DNA of 64,000 nt from Candidatus Melainabacteria bacterium 17Bon1m (GTDB lineage: Bacteria > Cyanobacteriota > Vampirovibrionia > Obscuribacterales > Obscuribacteraceae). Each line of letters opens with the position of its first letter. Within the stretch, counting starts at the first letter, position 1. The translations under genes and the position numbers were made by a program. The notes beneath the pieces were generated by a model. That model made no database searches. It saw only the letters and a program-made list of their open reading frames with translations, and was not told the DNA's origin. The stretch covers positions 320,001 through 384,000 of the forward strand of contig JAVLKG010000002.1 in the NCBI GenBank assembly GCA_032128875.1, read 5' to 3'. This document shows, piece after piece, positions 59,023 to 64,000 of this stretch.

Positions 59023-59265
59023 ATGGCAGAAAGCGAGCTTGAAAAAGCATTCTCGACACTGGCGCAAGCCTTCACTGTGACTGAGACTGAGTTGACCGAA
59101 GAGATTACGGTCATCGAACAGCAGATAACCAATCTCAAGGATAGAATTGCGCAGCTTAACGGAAAGCAGCAAACGCTTGCTCACGATAAGTCATCTATCC
59201 AGGAAATGTTCAGTCGTTATTGCGCCACCGAAGGTGGTGCAGGGCAGCCAAAGGTAGAGTTCTAA
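59023..59265 (+). CDS. Small coiled-coil protein
   Basis: Heptad-patterned 80-aa ORF with an AAAGGA RBS. Confidence 0.65.
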   Translation: MAESELEKAFSTLAQAFTVTETELTEEITVIEQQITNLKDRIAQLNGKQQTLAHDKSSIQEMFSRYCATEGGAGQPKVEF

Positions 59266-59393
59266 AACGGTCTGGAAACAGCGTCTGCCTGTAGTCTGAA
59301 ATTTATAAGTCTCCACTGGAGAATGATTTCCGATTGCCGGCCGTGATCCAAATGTCTGAAGTAATGTCACTTGACCGTTAAGAGTCTCGAGCA

Positions 59394-59894
59394 ATGTCCG
59401 GCAACTGTCCATTATGTGGTGCACCCTTAAACCTCGGGCTCAACTTTTGTGTTGTTTGCGGCAGACGTGCAATAGGTAGTGAATCCAGCAAAATCGTAGG
59501 TCTCAAGGCTGCTACGAGAGCCTCAGACCTGACGCAGAAAATTGACATCAGTGACGGCAGATTCAACAAAACCGCCAAGAAAAAAACACCACTCAGATTT
59601 CGCAAGGTGCGCGGGCTGGGCACTCAGGTCTTCTATGTTTTTCTCGGTGTTTCCCTGTTTTTCTGCGCCATAAGATACGTTCTGGAACCGGCGAGTTTTA
59701 CTGGTCATGTTCAGCGCACTGTGCACATGATCTTGGACAAAAATCCTGTACAGCACGTGCAGGGAATGCTTGGCATTAAGCCTGAAGCAAAGAAAAAGCC
59801 GCCAGAGAAGCCACCCGCCAAACAGACCAAGAAGGTCAAAAAGAAAAAGCCGCGCGGTCACAGAAACCGAGTCTCCCACAAGCATCAAACATAA
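59394..59894 (+). CDS. Zinc-ribbon plus single-TM protein with a Lys/Pro-rich tail
   Basis: CPLCG...FCVVCG, TM VFYVFLGVSLFFCAI, basic C-terminus. Confidence 0.65.
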   Translation: MSGNCPLCGAPLNLGLNFCVVCGRRAIGSESSKIVGLKAATRASDLTQKIDISDGRFNKTAKKKTPLRFRKVRGLGTQVFYVFLGVSLFFCAIRYVLEPASFTGHVQRTVHMILDKNPVQHVQGMLGIKPEAKKKPPEKPPAKQTKKVKKKKPRGHRNRVSHKHQT

Positions 59895-59910
59895 GGAGCG
59901 ACGCGCTTTT

Positions 59911-60129
59911 CTAGGAGCTGCTTTCCTTGTCCATGAGCGCAATTATGCCCATGTCGAATAGAATTTCCAGCTCTTCCAGAGTCCAGCTCTTTTTTACTTT
60001 TGGTGAATGATGCAGGCTTGCCCGGATAACTTTTCCTCCGGCGCCTGTCACTTCATAGACATATTCTTTTTCGTAGTAAGGCGGTGCCTTGACTTTTAGA
60101 AGCTGTCCCTTTTTGAGTTCTGGCAGCAT
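59911..60129 (-). CDS. Small hypothetical protein (SH3/KOW-like pattern)
   Basis: 72-aa ORF co-oriented just downstream of the ACAD gene; LKKGQLLKVK...YEVT. Confidence 0.6.
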   Translation of the reverse strand: MLPELKKGQLLKVKAPPYYEKEYVYEVTGAGGKVIRASLHHSPKVKKSWTLEELEILFDMGIIALMDKESSS

Positions 60130-60137
60130 GATTCTTT

Positions 60138-61274
60138 CTATTTCGACACTTGAGCAAGTGCCTTTCGCCCAATTTCCGCCATTTGCTTCTGGCTGGTACC
60201 GCCAGTAATTTGATACGTTTTTGCGTCGCGCATCAGTTTTTCTACGGGATATTCTCTCGAATATCCGTACCCTCCGAAGATTTGCACGGCATCCGTAGCA
60301 ATGCGCATCGCGGCTTCTTGCGCGAAAACTTTGGCAATAGCGGCCGTGTCAAAATCGTCCTCGCCCTGATCAACAAGCTGGCAGCCCTTGTACATAAGCA
60401 GTTTGGATGCCTCGATGTCCTTAGCCATGTCGGACATCATGAAAGCGATCGCCTGGTGATCGCCAATTGGTCTGCCGAACGTTTTTCTCTCTTTGGAATA
60501 AGCTATCGAATGAGAAAGAGCGGCGCGAGATATGCCAATGGCGCTCGCTGCAAACAAGAGATAGGCTCGAGGCATTACGAATGACATGATTTTTTCGGCA
60601 CCGCCAGGAGTGCCGATCAAGTGATCAGCAGTTACTTTCACATCTTTCAGTTCAAGGTCCGCGGTGCCCAAGCACTTGCGGCCCAGTCTGTTTACAGTCT
60701 TACCTACTTTTACTCCGGCTGCGTTTTTCTCGACAATTACAAGAGAAGGTTTGCTTGATTCATCAATAGCCATTGCAACAAACCAGTCGCAGTAAGCTCC
60801 TGTAACTACGCGAACAGCTCCATTCAGTTGAAAATCAGAACCGCTGGCCTTTAATTTTGGCAATCTCTCTTCACTGCAGGTGGTATCAAGCATACTTTCT
60901 GCAAAACCGGCAAAGGAAAGTTTTTCCAAAAGCGGCTGGATGTATTTTTTGACCCTTTCTGCGTTGTTTTCGGCTATCAAAGGCAAGATAGCAATAGCGC
61001 TTGCTTCGGCGTAACCGGCTATAGAACTGCAACCGGTGGCAAGTTCTTCTTGAATGAGCGCCGTTTCGAAAAAAGCAAGAGCCAATCCGCCTGCGCTTTC
61101 GGGCGCCATAGTGTTGGTCAAGCCGGCTTCGAATGCTTTATTCAATACTTCCAGAGGGGCTTCGCCGCTTTCATCGAAGTGGGCGGCTTGAGGCGCAACT
61201 TCTCTTATCGAAAAATCACGGGCAAGCTTTTGAAACTCTTTTTGCTCTTCAGTTAAATTGAATTCAGACATCAC
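60138..61274 (-). CDS. Acyl-CoA dehydrogenase family protein with divergent active-site motifs
   Basis: FNLTEEQ, YSKERKTFGRPIGDHQAI, AVQIFGGYGYSREYPVEKLMRDAK. Confidence 0.85.
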   Translation of the reverse strand: MMSEFNLTEEQKEFQKLARDFSIREVAPQAAHFDESGEAPLEVLNKAFEAGLTNTMAPESAGGLALAFFETALIQEELATGCSSIAGYAEASAIAILPLIAENNAERVKKYIQPLLEKLSFAGFAESMLDTTCSEERLPKLKASGSDFQLNGAVRVVTGAYCDWFVAMAIDESSKPSLVIVEKNAAGVKVGKTVNRLGRKCLGTADLELKDVKVTADHLIGTPGGAEKIMSFVMPRAYLLFAASAIGISRAALSHSIAYSKERKTFGRPIGDHQAIAFMMSDMAKDIEASKLLMYKGCQLVDQGEDDFDTAAIAKVFAQEAAMRIATDAVQIFGGYGYSREYPVEKLMRDAKTYQITGGTSQKQMAEIGRKALAQVSK

Positions 61275-61557
61275 TACGCCTATGAAGAAAATGTGACGGG
61301 AAGGCGGCCTTGAGTGGCGCGACCGAACAGAAAGGCTATTCTAGTTCTTCTGAGGCTGTATCTCAATGTGAGAGCGCCGACAGCGCACCCTTTTTTGCTG
61401 GCGATAGTGGCATTTTCCGCTCTGGATAAACTTGGCTTTATACAAAAGTGAAAAGGCTTCTCTTGACCAGTCCTCTTAGGGTAGTCATGATTACGAGGAA
61501 CAGCACGCGCTTGTCAACAGGTGGCTGTTTTTCGATAGGTCTCTAAAACAAACTCAC

Positions 61558-62226
61558 ATGTCGGTTTTAATCGCTCCATCAATTTTGTCCGCGGATTTTG
61601 CCAACCTGGGCGCTGACATAAAGCGCGCCGAGGATGCGAAGGCCGACTGGATTCACGTCGACGTAATGGACGGCCACTTTGTCCCCAACCTGACAATTGG
61701 CGCTCCTGTGGTGAAAAGCTTGCGGAAGGCAACTAAGTTGCCGTTTGATGTTCACCTCATGATCACCGACCCTGACCAATATCTCCAGGACTTCGCCGAT
61801 GCCGGTGCTGACTACATAACCGTGCACTCAGAAGCCTGCGTTCATTTACAGCGTACTCTTTCACATATTCGCAGTCTGGGCAAAAAGGCTGGCGTTGCAC
61901 TTAATCCGGCTACTCCTGCCGAACATTTGAAATATGTGCTCGAGGACATCGACCTTGTCCTCGTTATGTCTGTCAATCCGGGCTTTGGCGGGCAGAAATT
62001 CCTGGCTTCGGTTTTGCCGAAAATTGCCAGAGTAAGGGAAATGTTCAATGAAATCGGCCGCAAAGACGTAAGAATTTCGGTTGATGGTGGTATCAATCCC
62101 GATACCGCAAAGGAAGCTATTGATCACGGTGCAGACGTGTTGGTAGCAGGCAAAAGTGTTTATGGCGCAGCCGATATGAAGGCTGCAATCTCGCAAATCA
62201 GACAAGAGACCGTCTCAGTAAAGTGA
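61558..62226 (+). CDS. rpe: Ribulose-phosphate 3-epimerase
   Basis: [43 protein letters not shown]. Confidence 0.97.
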   Translation: MSVLIAPSILSADFANLGADIKRAEDAKADWIHVDVMDGHFVPNLTIGAPVVKSLRKATKLPFDVHLMITDPDQYLQDFADAGADYITVHSEACVHLQRTLSHIRSLGKKAGVALNPATPAEHLKYVLEDIDLVLVMSVNPGFGGQKFLASVLPKIARVREMFNEIGRKDVRISVDGGINPDTAKEAIDHGADVLVAGKSVYGAADMKAAISQIRQETVSVK

Positions 62227-62825
62227 AGGAGCTAAATATGGCTGGCGTGAACTGTTTAAACATGGCAAAAGCGACCCTCGTTTGGGTGGCGGCAATTGCC
62301 TGCATTACTCCTGCAGAAGCTAGAGGCGATGACTTCATTATGGATACCGATTGCATCGGTAAGAGCAACAATGGAGTTGTTACTTCAGATCAATTCTTGG
62401 AACTGGGAGTGCCGACTTCTAACGCTCTGCGTCTGGAAGGTGAGCAGTCTATGCGTATCGGCAATCTGGACAGAGCCCTCACTGTACTGCAGCGTTCTGT
62501 GGAGATGGCTCCGATGGATATCGACGGACGTATTCTTTACGGAGAAGCGCTGGAGAAAAAACTGTTGAAGCAGAAAAAGCGCGACCCAAAACTCTATAAT
62601 TTCATCGTCAAGCAATGGCTTTATGTTGCGAAGAAAGCAGAATTTGCAGATCAGCAAATGATTGGCATCAACCACCTTATGGGCTTGACCGGTACTCGTC
62701 CGGGACGTTGGGAAAAAGAGCCGAAATTCCTTGCACGCGTGCTCGTTCCAGAAGATGCGGCAGTAAAAATTGGCGGCTCAGGTCAAGCAGCTGCAGCTAA
62801 GAAGAAGAAAGACGAAGACATGTAA
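62223..62825 (+). CDS. Exported TPR-like protein (start uncertain)
   Basis: Signal-like N-terminus (AEA) and TPR-like [18 protein letters not shown]. Confidence 0.6.
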   Translation: MKELNMAGVNCLNMAKATLVWVAAIACITPAEARGDDFIMDTDCIGKSNNGVVTSDQFLELGVPTSNALRLEGEQSMRIGNLDRALTVLQRSVEMAPMDIDGRILYGEALEKKLLKQKKRDPKLYNFIVKQWLYVAKKAEFADQQMIGINHLMGLTGTRPGRWEKEPKFLARVLVPEDAAVKIGGSGQAAAAKKKKDEDM

Positions 62826-62855
62826 TTTCGCTTTGTTCTTTGAGAACACTTGTTT

Positions 62856-62890
62856 AAGACCGGCTTTATTGAGAGCCGGTCTTTTTCTTT
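62856..62890 (+). terminator. Rho-independent terminator overlapping the 3' end of the convergent CDS
   Basis: Stem AAGACCGGCTTT/AGAGCCGGTCTT followed by TTTCTTT. Confidence 0.75.
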
Positions 62891-63372
62891 GCCGCCCATT
62901 TGATCATGTTCTTGATCATTCTAACGATTCCGTATATCGTCGAAACTATCCCTATGATCATCCACGTCCATGGCGAGTGTTGTTTGACCAGATGGGTATG
63001 TACGTGTGCCATTTGTTGCGTTGATGACTCGGAAAAAACTGACACGTACGGTGACTTTTGGGCGGTCAATTGCTCGCGTGCCTTATTCATCTCCGATGTC
63101 AGCGTCTCGACCGGAATAAACGTTCCTACAAGCAGAACAAATCCGATAATCACGTTCAAAACACCGAATACCAGCCACGGCCAGCTGGGTTTCCAGAAAA
63201 ACAATAGTGGAAAAAAACCGATCAAAAGAAGCGCGTCGGGCACCCACATCAATGGGTTATCTGCAGGAATTACAAAAGCCAGTGCAAATCCGAGAATCCA
63301 GAGCACTGCCGAAACAATGCCCGCAATTTTGCTTGCCGACATCTTTTTAGATGTTTCTGCGACTTGCGTCAC
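62866..63372 (-). CDS. Hypothetical multi-TM membrane protein
   Basis: About four hydrophobic helices and a basic C-terminus. Confidence 0.7.
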   Translation of the reverse strand: MTQVAETSKKMSASKIAGIVSAVLWILGFALAFVIPADNPLMWVPDALLLIGFFPLLFFWKPSWPWLVFGVLNVIIGFVLLVGTFIPVETLTSEMNKAREQLTAQKSPYVSVFSESSTQQMAHVHTHLVKQHSPWTWMIIGIVSTIYGIVRMIKNMIKWAAKKKTGSQ

Positions 63373-64000
63373 TGTCGTCTCCCCACTTAGCTTCCATCGC
63401 TTCGATCATCGAGCCGAAGTCAAATGGTACATCTCCTTTGGTTTTGATCGTTTGAGCAACAAACCCGGCAAATTCAACTTTATCAAAATCTCCCAGAGAT
63501 TTTTCTCGCCAAATTTTGTTCAATACAAGAGTGCGTTTCACTTCGGGAGGAAACTGTTCTTTCTTTAGCGGTTCGAACTCTATAAGAGAAGGAGCGCTTT
63601 CTCCTGTCATTGACTGGAGATATCGGTTCAAAAGCTGCACGAAACGCGTAATTTCGAAGGTGTCTTCGAATTCGCCCGATGGAAGGCTGAATATCAAATC
63701 ATTGTTTTGCAGATGCTGCGAAATTATCTCGAATTGACTCTCAGCGTCGCCATCAAGCAGGCATGCTATTGGTAGCAGCGTTGCTTCCCGAAACGAGAGA
63801 AAGCGCTTCGTTACTTGATTTGCACCGCCGCCTGATATCATTAGTATGCGATAGTCGGCAAAATCAAAGCCATATAGTTGCGCAAAAATAGGAACAAGAA
63901 TCGCTTCCGTTTGACCTTCTACCAGCAAAAGCTTCTCCGGCAGAAATTCAGGCGGTAAGTCAGGTCGCATCTCGTTTAGATGTTCATCAAAAATTTCTAG
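63347..64000 (-). CDS. TOPRIM domain of the OLD-family nuclease type; 5' end probably outside the window
   Basis: LLLVEGQTE, ISGGG, LLDGD (DxD), GEFED, DKVEFA; frame is open to the window edge. Confidence 0.7.
   Translation of the reverse strand, partial: LEIFDEHLNEMRPDLPPEFLPEKLLLVEGQTEAILVPIFAQLYGFDFADYRILMISGGGANQVTKRFLSFREATLLPIACLLDGDAESQFEIISQHLQNNDLIFSLPSGEFEDTFEITRFVQLLNRYLQSMTGESAPSLIEFEPLKKEQFPPEVKRTLVLNKIWREKSLGDFDKVEFAGFVAQTIKTKGDVPFDFGSMIEAMEAKWGDDSDASRRNI

Overview
Gene-dense bacterial chromosomal window (about 62 CDS) made up mostly of housekeeping genes: gmhB, mrnC, csaB, glcF, rnd, gcvPB, rph, gpmI, phoR/phoB/phoU, holA, etfBA, ribD, pfkA, sucCD, def, cobU, fabF, cysE and rpe. 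I could not recognise any rRNA, tRNA, CRISPR array, transposase or phage gene. The mix of cyanobacteria-like families (DUF2993, CsaB, ABC1 kinase), Tad pilus genes, no photosynthesis genes and no HIP1 enrichment suggests a non-photosynthetic cyanobacterial relative (Melainabacteria/Vampirovibrionia, possibly Obscuribacterales). That assignment is inference only. The best candidate for an undescribed system is a tightly coupled five-gene operon at 28.9-34.9 kb: MBOAT, SGNH-like protein, acyl carrier protein, SGGKD-type adenine-nucleotide alpha-hydrolase and AsnB-type amidotransferase. It could build an amide or nitrile acyl group on a carrier protein and transfer it to the cell surface. Other notable items are a 1773-aa cysteine-free orphan with about 10 degenerate helical repeats, several pseudo-enzymes or pseudo-receivers, a sensor-less PhoR, a RapZ with only its C-terminal domain, a tiny Thr-rich lipoprotein, and several REP-like or operator-like palindromes. 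All calls come from motifs read by eye; no searches were run.
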